A stretch of DNA of 49,607 bases from Thermoplasmata archaeon (GTDB lineage: Archaea > Thermoplasmatota > Thermoplasmata > UBA10834). The stretch is from contig JACZKW010000104.1 of assembly GCA_014859835.1 (NCBI GenBank), positions 1-49,607 of the forward strand, given 5' to 3'. The position numbers and the translations under genes are program-made. The notes beneath the pieces were generated by a model. It saw nothing but the letters and a program-made list of their open reading frames with translations. It ran no database searches and was not told the DNA's origin. This document shows positions 9,372 through 18,209 of this stretch, one piece after another (position 1 is the first letter of the stretch; the number at the start of each line of letters is the position of its first letter).

Positions 9372-12300
9372 ATGAGAATTAGAGCAATACTAGCGGGCTT
9401 TGCAGTGCTGCTAACCGTAATGTCTGCTTTTGCGTTTTTACCAGCAAAAGCGGTTTCGGCTGCAGCAAATGAAGACGTGTTGTATATTGCCATGCAGCAG
9501 GATATTCCTGACTTCAACAATTACAACCTCGGTACCAACAGCGTGTGGAAAGCACACGTCATCGGTAACTGTTTCGAAGGTCTTTCGGCCACGGATTATG
9601 ACTTGAATACAATCAAGTTGTTGGCAGAAGACTGGACTTTTGACGAGGACGCCCTCACTGTGGACGTCACTATCAGACAGGGAGTGAAGTTCCACGACGG
9701 CACTACGATGACCTCGGAGGATGTCTACTTCTCTTACCTGATGGCGAGGGATGGAACGACCTATGCTGACAGGATCATCCAGGCATTGGACCAGGATGAC
9801 GATGACGTGTTGAGCGAGACCGAGATGGAAGAGGGTCTGGTCGTAATAGACGACTACCATGTACAGTTCGTGATGGCCAAGCAGTACGGCCAGTTCTTCA
9901 CGAGCACACTATCAGTACCCATTGTTCCGAAGCATATATGGGAAGACCATGTAGACGTTGATAACAAGGTGGACATCACATGGGGATCCGACGTTGCTGC
10001 GACGATCGGAACCGGGGCATGGAAGTATGATAGCGGAGTCTCCAACTCTTACAGAGTTGTCAAGACCTTCGACGACTACTGGGGCAAGGACTTCATGACC
10101 CCGGCGGACATGCCGACCTTCCCGAGAGTCCTTGATACATTGTACTTCAAGATATACAGCAACTTGGACACCGCGATTCTAGCACTCCAGGGAGGCGATG
10201 TCGACTACATCGCATGGACCGTGACCTCAGGTCGTGTTCCAGCTCTCCAGAGCGACCCGAATATCGGTCTCGAATACATGTCGGATGCAGGATACTTCTA
10301 CCTGGCGTTCAACATGAAGAGAGAGCCGATGAATAACCTGACCTTCAGAAAGGCTGTTTCCCATATGATTGACAAGGACCAGATCGTCGATATATACATG
10401 GGTGGATTCGGTCAGGCTGGTTCTGCAGCCGTCTCGCCGTTCTTCGGTGAGTGGTACAACCCAGCGGTCGAGAAGTATCCCTTTGACATAGCACTTGCCG
10501 AGGAGATGCTCGACGATGCCGGATATATCGATGTCAACGGCGATGGCTGGAGGGAGCTACCTGGTGGCGACCTTATGGACAAGATAACCCTGCTATGTCC
10601 ACCTGCGGATTACGACCCCGTCAGGATAAGAGCAGGACAGATGATAGCGACCAACATGAGGTCGGCCGGTATCAACGTCGAGGCGAAGGCAATCGATTTC
10701 AACACACTCGTTGCCAAGCTGACCGCGTTCGACTACCAGATGCTTGAGCTTGGTTGGAGCTTCACGGGCTACACGGAATGTGTCAGCGTCCTGTTCGACA
10801 TATACAGCCCGACTGCGGGATCGAACTCGTGGGGATTCTGGTCAGAAGCCAACCCGAACCCATGGTATTCTTCGCTCGGCGGTGTGAGCACGCTCGCTGA
10901 CGAAACGACCCAGGCCATGGCGGATGATTTCGTCGTCCTTGAGGACCAAGCGAGAGAGACTTTCGATATAGCGGATCAGATCGACTATGTCAAGCAGGGG
11001 CAGGCGATTGTAGCCGATGCAGTCGTGTGTAACGTCCTGTATTACAGGGTGAACGTCGAGGCACACAACAAGATATTCACCAACTGGACAGTGTTCGATG
11101 GCACGCTCATCAACCCCTTCTGCTTTGCAGTGCTCGAGTATTCGGGCACAGGCGGCACTAGCGGCGGAGGAGCTGTCACTGAAAGCCTCGATGCAGGACT
11201 TACGATGGCGCAGAAGGTAGCCTGTGACGACAGCATTGACGCCTATGTGCTTGCGGTAGACAACATGGGAGAGCCGGTCGCGGGCGCGACCGTCGCGGTA
11301 GAAGCGACCAACGGAGTGGCGACAGTATCACCAGCATCGGGAACCACGTCCACCAGCGGAGTGTTCGAGTTCACTGTGACTGGAACGGCTTCCGGTGTTA
11401 GTACGATATGGGCGAATGTCACAAGTGCGGCCTTGACGGCCAGTGATTCCTCGAACTTGCTGGTCACGTCATTGGGCGGCATCGGAGCTTCGATAATGCC
11501 AGATAAGACCGTGCTCGAGACAAGCGAGAGCATGGATGTTGAGGTCCTGGTGACAGATGTGAACGGAGACCCGGTAGAGGGAGCCACCGTCACTATCGAC
11601 CCGTACCTGCTCGGTTATGGTACGATAGATCCCAGCACGGATGTTACAGGTGCTGATGGGATGGTCACCCTCGTGTACACCGCACCGGATGATATCATTC
11701 AGAACCAGCATCAGATCGTGACCCTTGCAGCTTCGGTCAGCCACGAGAAATACACGCTGACCAACCTGGCCACGAGCACGATATTGATATACAACCCAGC
11801 CGCACCGATATGGCACATGACCACGATCGACTCAGTGTCCACAACGGCTCTGAGCCAAGCATCACCGACCACGACCATAACGGTCATGGCGATGGATGTT
11901 GACGGGGATCCAATCGAGGGTGAGACTCTAGGCATTACCTACACTAACGACACACTCGTAGACACCCCTGAGACCGATGTGGTGACAGATGCGTCTGGCA
12001 TGGCGACCTTCGATGTGACCTTCGATGATATCGGGGCCGACGCGGCTCTGATGGTCACGATAGGCAACCGTTCGTTGGCCAATTCGATCATGGACTCCGT
12101 TACGCTGACGTACTCGGATACGGGTGCGTCGACTGGCATGTATGGAGGATACGTACAGTACGCGACCCCGAAGTTCGTCGAAGCGCTCGGGACGATCGAT
12201 GTTGACATCTATGTGTTCGATAGCCAGGGCAACCCTGCCGATGGAATCACTGGTAGCGTTGTGGTCGTCGCGACAGCCAACGGTCAGCTGACCGACTGGT

Positions 12301-13766
12301 CCGGGTCCGAGTACAACTCCCTGTGGGATTATGCAGGTATCAACATCGTGACCGATGGTGATGGCCAGAACATCGTCACTGCTGGATCGTACTCCGCGCC
12401 AGAGTATCTCGATGAATGGGTCTGGGATGACGGCGCTGAAGCATGGGTCGCATTGGACGCGCTAGGTGTGGACATAACCGGAGGAGTCTACTCCATGACC
12501 ATAGAGGGTGTGGATTTGGCTCACCTGGACCTCGCGATGGACCTGTTCATGGTGCCTGACTCCACAGCAGACTACAACTGGGACACATACAACCACGACA
12601 TCTATGGCCAGACGACCATCGCAAGCCACTACGGCTACGGAAGGGCTATGAACTTCACGACCGTCACATACGAGGTCGAGAAGCCCGTCCTGCAGGCCAA
12701 GGCATCGGAGTTCGACATGTCGCAGGTCACTGTGATTGCGTACGATGAGAACGGCGACCCAATAGATGGAGCCGAGATCGCCATCTACGAGATAGGCGGC
12801 GCGAACTACGAGGTATCGGATGACGGAGTTGGAATTGCTCCGGCAAATGGGACAATACGCCTTGACATCATGGCGGCCGCGTATGACGCAGTAAGTGATG
12901 CGTACGATGCCGTCGTGACGAAGACGAACCCCGAGGTCTATCTTGCAGCCTATGTCGATGGATCGATGACATTGGCGAGTCAGACGCAATTGGTCGTTCA
13001 GCCGCTCAGAGAGTCTGTATATGTCACGCCGACTCAGATCGTCGATGTGAGGATGATCGGCGACGATGTGTACGCGACCGTCGAAGTGCTGGATGCCACC
13101 GGAGCACCATATGCAGACCTGCCGGTCAGCATCGGTGTTAGCATCGGAACGGCAGTCACTCCGACAGTTGTGACCGACGCAGATGGTATGGCTACCTTCG
13201 TGATAGACACTTCAGGGATCGCCAATGCCGAGGCCGCACTGATCGCAGCTGGAATAGCCACGGGTGGATTGCCTGAGGCGGGTACTGCGAGAATGGTCAT
13301 AGCGGTCAAGAACCTGGGACCGGAGATCGTGATATCGTCACCGGTTGCAGATGGAGAGACCTCGTTGGCAGAGATCATGGGTATGATCTACGACTCCAAC
13401 GGGATTGCGTCTGCGACACTGGCTCTCGATGAAGATAGTGCGAATGCACTCACCGTCACCGTGGGATCCAGCGCGGCAGCGATATCCTACGCCCTTGAGG
13501 ACCTAGCAACTGGGGAGCACACGATAGTCATAACCGCGACCGACTCACTCGGTGTATCGAGCGAGATGACGGTTACATTCACCTTGACTGGTGGTGGCAC
13601 GGACGTGTTGCCATGGATCATTGCAGCAGTCGGGTGGATCGTGGCGGCAGTCGTGATCGTCATGATGTTCCTCAAGATGAAAGGACCATCGGGACCAAAG
13701 GAGAAACCGGACGGGATGGCATTCGAGGAACCTGCGGAGCCAGTGGAAGAGGAGAAGAAGGAATAG
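9372..13766 (+). CDS. oppA: Family-5 peptide ABC substrate-binding protein fused to an Ig-like stalk and C-terminal TM anchor
   Basis: Signal peptide; IRQGVKFHDGTTMTSEDVYFS; GTGAW; ALQGGDVD; YLAFN..FRKAVSH. Then repeated D..G.P..GA.V / TD..G.ATF Ig motifs, a TM helix (LPWIIAAVGWIVAAVVIVMMFL) and a charged tail. Confidence 0.85.
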   Translation: MRIRAILAGFAVLLTVMSAFAFLPAKAVSAAANEDVLYIAMQQDIPDFNNYNLGTNSVWKAHVIGNCFEGLSATDYDLNTIKLLAEDWTFDEDALTVDVTIRQGVKFHDGTTMTSEDVYFSYLMARDGTTYADRIIQALDQDDDDVLSETEMEEGLVVIDDYHVQFVMAKQYGQFFTSTLSVPIVPKHIWEDHVDVDNKVDITWGSDVAATIGTGAWKYDSGVSNSYRVVKTFDDYWGKDFMTPADMPTFPRVLDTLYFKIYSNLDTAILALQGGDVDYIAWTVTSGRVPALQSDPNIGLEYMSDAGYFYLAFNMKREPMNNLTFRKAVSHMIDKDQIVDIYMGGFGQAGSAAVSPFFGEWYNPAVEKYPFDIALAEEMLDDAGYIDVNGDGWRELPGGDLMDKITLLCPPADYDPVRIRAGQMIATNMRSAGINVEAKAIDFNTLVAKLTAFDYQMLELGWSFTGYTECVSVLFDIYSPTAGSNSWGFWSEANPNPWYSSLGGVSTLADETTQAMADDFVVLEDQARETFDIADQIDYVKQGQAIVADAVVCNVLYYRVNVEAHNKIFTNWTVFDGTLINPFCFAVLEYSGTGGTSGGGAVTESLDAGLTMAQKVACDDSIDAYVLAVDNMGEPVAGATVAVEATNGVATVSPASGTTSTSGVFEFTVTGTASGVSTIWANVTSAALTASDSSNLLVTSLGGIGASIMPDKTVLETSESMDVEVLVTDVNGDPVEGATVTIDPYLLGYGTIDPSTDVTGADGMVTLVYTAPDDIIQNQHQIVTLAASVSHEKYTLTNLATSTILIYNPAAPIWHMTTIDSVSTTALSQASPTTTITVMAMDVDGDPIEGETLGITYTNDTLVDTPETDVVTDASGMATFDVTFDDIGADAALMVTIGNRSLANSIMDSVTLTYSDTGASTGMYGGYVQYATPKFVEALGTIDVDIYVFDSQGNPADGITGSVVVVATANGQLTDWSGSEYNSLWDYAGINIVTDGDGQNIVTAGSYSAPEYLDEWVWDDGAEAWVALDALGVDITGGVYSMTIEGVDLAHLDLAMDLFMVPDSTADYNWDTYNHDIYGQTTIASHYGYGRAMNFTTVTYEVEKPVLQAKASEFDMSQVTVIAYDENGDPIDGAEIAIYEIGGANYEVSDDGVGIAPANGTIRLDIMAAAYDAVSDAYDAVVTKTNPEVYLAAYVDGSMTLASQTQLVVQPLRESVYVTPTQIVDVRMIGDDVYATVEVLDATGAPYADLPVSIGVSIGTAVTPTVVTDADGMATFVIDTSGIANAEAALIAAGIATGGLPEAGTARMVIAVKNLGPEIVISSPVADGETSLAEIMGMIYDSNGIASATLALDEDSANALTVTVGSSAAAISYALEDLATGEHTIVITATDSLGVSSEMTVTFTLTGGGTDVLPWIIAAVGWIVAAVVIVMMFLKMKGPSGPKEKPDGMAFEEPAEPVEEEKKE

Positions 13767-13822
13767 ATCGCCTTCGATAAACCCCTTCCCACAAACTTCT
13801 TTCGGTTTTTCATTTATTCTCC
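13767..13822 (+). terminator. Oligo-T archaeal terminator after the SBP gene
   Basis: CTTCTTTCGGTTTTTCATTTATT directly after the stop codon. Confidence 0.5.
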
Positions 13823-13925
13823 GACAATCGGCATGCTGTGGGCAAAACCGAACCAGTCTGGTCCAAAGATTAATAGTGCCAGAAATGTCTTCAAGTAGAC
13901 AGCCCCATTTGGGTAGGGTACGATT

Positions 13926-14915
13926 ATGGCAGGGATGGCTCGATATGTAATCGCGCGGAGCATTCAGACGTTCATAACCCTGCTTATCATCCTTACACTG
14001 ATTTTCATAATGTTCGAATCGCTACCGGCGAAGCCTCAGGACCTCCTTAGGACTTCGCCAGCCATTCAGCAGTCGCAGATAGATTACATGACAAGCCTTT
14101 ACGGCTATGATCGACCAGTCCACGAACGATACGCGATGTACATGGTGAATATGCTGACATTCGATTTTGGCATCTCGTTCAGCAGAGCTATCGAAGTCTC
14201 GAGCATATTAGAGGAACGGATACCTAAAACACTGCTGCTGTTCGGTGGAGCCACGATACTCGCATATGTCATAGGCATATACCTCGGAGCCTTGATTGCC
14301 TGGAGGAGGGGCGGGGCATTGGATGGCGGCACGGTCGTCGTCAGCCTGGTGTTCTACAACATGCCATCCTTCTGGATCGGCCTCATATTCCTTGTCATAT
14401 TCGCATCTCAGCTGGACTGGTTCCCATTAACGGGGTGGTACGATGCGACAGATAGCATGCCTTTCTTCGAATCTGGCACGCTTGGATTCAAGATACTTGA
14501 CATCGGATGGCACTTATTCCTGCCCATGCTCGTGTTATTGCTTCTATCACTTGCAGGCACCATACTCTTGATGAGGACGGCCATGCTAGACGTGATAGGC
14601 GAGAATTATATGATCACGGCGAAGGCGATCGGCCTTCCTGAGAGGAAGGTGCTATTCAAGCACGGCACTCGGAACGCCATGCTGCCAGTCGTCACTTCAT
14701 TCATAATTGCGTTCGTTTTCGCCATAGGTGGAGCCGTTGTCCTTGAGAACGTTTTCAGCTTCCCAGGCATGGGGCAATTATACATTCAATCACTGAATCA
14801 ACTCGACTTCCCGGTTGCCGAAGCCACATTGTACATAATCACCTTGATGGTGTTGCTCGGCAACTTCGTGGCAGACCTGCTGTACGGATATCTTGACCCG
14901 AGGGTGCGCGTTTGA
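13926..14915 (+). CDS. oppB: Peptide ABC transporter permease (OppB/DppB)
   Basis: YGYDRP, FDFGIS, MPSFWIG, EAA-like YMITAKAIGL, HGTRNAMLP and LLYGYLDPRVR. Confidence 0.92.
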   Translation: MAGMARYVIARSIQTFITLLIILTLIFIMFESLPAKPQDLLRTSPAIQQSQIDYMTSLYGYDRPVHERYAMYMVNMLTFDFGISFSRAIEVSSILEERIPKTLLLFGGATILAYVIGIYLGALIAWRRGGALDGGTVVVSLVFYNMPSFWIGLIFLVIFASQLDWFPLTGWYDATDSMPFFESGTLGFKILDIGWHLFLPMLVLLLLSLAGTILLMRTAMLDVIGENYMITAKAIGLPERKVLFKHGTRNAMLPVVTSFIIAFVFAIGGAVVLENVFSFPGMGQLYIQSLNQLDFPVAEATLYIITLMVLLGNFVADLLYGYLDPRVRV

Positions 14916-17194
14916 TGGAAGAAACGAAAGCAAATGAGACCAGCAAGAAACCCGATGCGAGGGAGCTTCAGGAGGCAGGCCGGAAGGCGCTTAGGAAGTT
15001 CTGGAGGAACTTCAAAGCCACTTGGAAACTCTATAGACAGTCGAAAACCGGCATTGCTGGCCTGGCCATCGTCGTGGGATTCTTCATAATGGCGTTAGGA
15101 GCCCCCTGGCTCGCTCCATACGACAAGGACTTCAGAGCGCCTGCAATCGATACATTCGTGGCGGATTACGCATTGCTGAACCTGACGGAGGGCCCGGACT
15201 GGACCACATTGATTGGGTTGACAGATTCCCTGAACAGAGACCACCCACTTGAAGGGATATTGGCGTACTCTGAAGGGGGGATGGCCATCGTCTATCCAGT
15301 CACGCGTGGAACAAGTGCAGAGACCGAAGAGATCGGGATAGAGATCAGCGACTCCGTAGCGATACACCTGCCGGCCAACGCGTCCTATATGAACCACGTG
15401 CTATTCTCAACCACCTTCTTCTACATAGTCAACACAACGGACCCAGTGGCAGGGACTTCCACTCTGTATGAATATAGCTCATTCATCCCAACTCCCACGG
15501 CTAGTACCTACGAGCTCCTCCGACAGTACGAGATCCCATTCGTACCCAAGTATAACTCGAACCTCTGGAATGGGTTCTCATTCGTCTATCCGAGCGGCAG
15601 GCTCGCGCTCGCATTCGCGGACGATCACAATGTGTGGATGGTAAGCAAGAGAGCGGCGACCATATATGATTCCGGGAGCGAGTCCTTCGACTACATAAAC
15701 AATTTCACGATCGATGATACGATCATCGGGAACCCGATAGTCGTGGACGGTGACTTCGATAACGGTAGCATGCTGTTCGTCCCGACAGACATGGGCATAC
15801 GTGCATACAAACTCAATGTGACCAAGACCCTGGTTACGAGGACCGTCACCGACATCACAATCGAAGGGTTGGCTTGGACCAGCAATTATACAATCGACGG
15901 TGAGACCTATGAGCCCGTGACTGGGAATAACATGCTCGTATTCCCATTCCCGTATGGGCCGACAACCGCTCTTGGCAAGGAGTACGTCGCGCTTGCCGCC
16001 ACAGACGGCAGAGTCGCGGCTTATGACAGGGTGACCGGCAACTTGACCTGGTCCACCAAACTCATGATGACGGGTGTGAGAGGTTTTGATATCACTTCGC
16101 TCTATTCTGCGCCTGATTTCCTGGTGATGGTCGGATACACCAACGATGAACGCGGTCTGATTGCGGGTCTTGACAAGGAAACGGGAAGGGTGGGCGAGAA
16201 CAATACGCTGTTCACCACGGTAAGCGGGTATCTGAACAGCGATCCTCAGTATGTCTCAGGTCAGCTGATGTATGTATTCAGCACGGACGAGGGAGCGATC
16301 TATTTGGCGAATGCATTGATGAAAATCAATGCGACCTTCGCCGCGCCCGGAGGAGGAGCAGTCACACCCGTGGCATACTTAGGCAACATATATATCGAGA
16401 TGAGCAGAACAGGCAACTACTTCGCAGTCGTGACCGAGAGCAACCAGCTGTTCCTTGAGACGCTCACCGGAGTGAACGTGGCTCCATTGGCTCCTGGAAC
16501 CTATCCATCAGGCAACTACTACCCGCTGGGGACGGACTATGAGGGACACGATATTCTGACGCTGTTGATGTGGGGAACAAGAGCGGAGCTGCTCGTCGGT
16601 ATAACAGCAGCGTTCTTCTCAGTGGTCATCGGCACAATCGTTGGTCTGGTTGCTGGGTTCTATGGGGGCATGCTCGACGATCTACTGATGCGCGCCACGG
16701 ACGTCATGTTGAGCCTGCCCTACCTAGTCATCATGCTATTGTTCGCAGCGGTCTTCGGACCATCGCTCCTCAATATCATCATCATATTCGCGATACTTTC
16801 ATGGGCGGGCATAGCGAGAGTCATACGTTCGGTCACCCTCTCATTCAAGGAGAGGGCCTTCGTAGATGCCGCCAGAGTGGCAGGCGCATCCGATAACAGG
16901 CTCATATTCAAACATATAGGGCCGAACGTGCTCCCATACACATTCCTCTACATGACTTTCAACATCAGCGGCGCCATCGTGACTGAGGCAATCCTGGCAT
17001 TCCTGGGATTCGGTGATCCGACAAACATAACGTGGGGCATGATGCTGCAGTTCCTGCAGATCAGCGGACACTCCCTTGACGCGCCCTGGTGGCTCCTGCC
17101 TCCAGGGATAGCCATAACTCTGCTCTCGCTCGCGTTCTATCTGATAGGTAGATCGTTCGACGAGGTAGTCAACCCACGTTTGAGGAAGAGGTGA
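14915..17194 (+). CDS. oppC: Peptide ABC transporter permease (OppC/DppC) with large extracytoplasmic insert
   Basis: OppC N-helix (GLAIV...APWLAPY), a ~450-aa insert, then LGTD..G.D, FVDAARVAGAS, HIGPN and NPRLR. TGATG overlap with oppB. Confidence 0.9.
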   Translation: MEETKANETSKKPDARELQEAGRKALRKFWRNFKATWKLYRQSKTGIAGLAIVVGFFIMALGAPWLAPYDKDFRAPAIDTFVADYALLNLTEGPDWTTLIGLTDSLNRDHPLEGILAYSEGGMAIVYPVTRGTSAETEEIGIEISDSVAIHLPANASYMNHVLFSTTFFYIVNTTDPVAGTSTLYEYSSFIPTPTASTYELLRQYEIPFVPKYNSNLWNGFSFVYPSGRLALAFADDHNVWMVSKRAATIYDSGSESFDYINNFTIDDTIIGNPIVVDGDFDNGSMLFVPTDMGIRAYKLNVTKTLVTRTVTDITIEGLAWTSNYTIDGETYEPVTGNNMLVFPFPYGPTTALGKEYVALAATDGRVAAYDRVTGNLTWSTKLMMTGVRGFDITSLYSAPDFLVMVGYTNDERGLIAGLDKETGRVGENNTLFTTVSGYLNSDPQYVSGQLMYVFSTDEGAIYLANALMKINATFAAPGGGAVTPVAYLGNIYIEMSRTGNYFAVVTESNQLFLETLTGVNVAPLAPGTYPSGNYYPLGTDYEGHDILTLLMWGTRAELLVGITAAFFSVVIGTIVGLVAGFYGGMLDDLLMRATDVMLSLPYLVIMLLFAAVFGPSLLNIIIIFAILSWAGIARVIRSVTLSFKERAFVDAARVAGASDNRLIFKHIGPNVLPYTFLYMTFNISGAIVTEAILAFLGFGDPTNITWGMMLQFLQISGHSLDAPWWLLPPGIAITLLSLAFYLIGRSFDEVVNPRLRKR

Positions 17195-17198
17195 TAAT

Positions 17199-18209
17199 GT
17201 GACCCTGCTCGAAGTAAAGAACCTCAAAGTGCACTTCAAGATCCAGAATGGCTGGGTGAGGGCCGTGGATGATGTCACATTCAGCATCGACTCAGGTGAG
17301 ACCATGGGCCTCGTCGGGGAGAGTGGGTGCGGCAAGACGACGGCAGCCTATGCGATAACGCAACTGCTCCCTCCGAATGGATACATCAAGGGAGGACACA
17401 TCTACTTCAAAGGGAGGGACCTGCTCAAACTCTCTATGAGGAAGGATGGTTCACTTGACGACTACAACGAGAAGATCCGTGCGATACGCTGGACGGAGAT
17501 CTCGATGATATTCCAGGGAGCCATGAACGCATTCAACCCGGTCTTCAGGATTGGTGACCTCATCGTGGAGGCAATCCAGTTGCACGAGGATGTAGACGAT
17601 GAGACCGCAAGGAAAAGGGCCAAGGACCTCTTCGAGTTCGTTGGAATCTCCCCGGACAGAATAAACAACTACCCTCACGAGTTCAGCGGAGGAATGAAGC
17701 AGAGGGCGATGATCGCGCTCGCCCTCGCCCTCAAACCATCATTCATCATAGCTGATGAACCCACGACCGCGCTCGACGTCATAACCCAGGATAGAATCCT
17801 GATGGAGATCAAGAAACTCCAGCAGAAGCTCGACATGGCCATGATGATCATCACACACGACGTCTCCGTGGTTGCAGAGGTTTCCGACAAGATCGGGGTG
17901 ATGTATGCGGGCATGTTGATGGAGATTGGTCAGACATCTCAGGTGTTTAAGAACACTGCACACCCGTATACCGCAGGCCTTCTGAATTCATTCCCCTCGA
18001 TAAAGGGAGAGAAGAAGAGATTGGAGACAATCCCTGGATTCCCGCCGGACCTGGTCAACCCACCCAGTGGTTGCCCATTCCATCCAAGATGTCAATACGT
18101 CCAGGCGAAATGCTCTGAGGAGAGACCAAAGAGCATGGAGATAGAACCGGGCCACTTGGTTTACTGTCATTTCGCTGGAGAGCTCTGGGACAAACTCAGG
18201 AGGGGGTGA
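17199..18209 (+). CDS. oppD: Peptide ABC ATPase (OppD/DppD)
   Basis: Walker A GESGCGKT, YPHEFSGGMKQR, IADEPTTALD, HPYT, and C-terminal GCPFHPRC..C..C. Confidence 0.93.
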   Translation: MTLLEVKNLKVHFKIQNGWVRAVDDVTFSIDSGETMGLVGESGCGKTTAAYAITQLLPPNGYIKGGHIYFKGRDLLKLSMRKDGSLDDYNEKIRAIRWTEISMIFQGAMNAFNPVFRIGDLIVEAIQLHEDVDDETARKRAKDLFEFVGISPDRINNYPHEFSGGMKQRAMIALALALKPSFIIADEPTTALDVITQDRILMEIKKLQQKLDMAMMIITHDVSVVAEVSDKIGVMYAGMLMEIGQTSQVFKNTAHPYTAGLLNSFPSIKGEKKRLETIPGFPPDLVNPPSGCPFHPRCQYVQAKCSEERPKSMEIEPGHLVYCHFAGELWDKLRRG

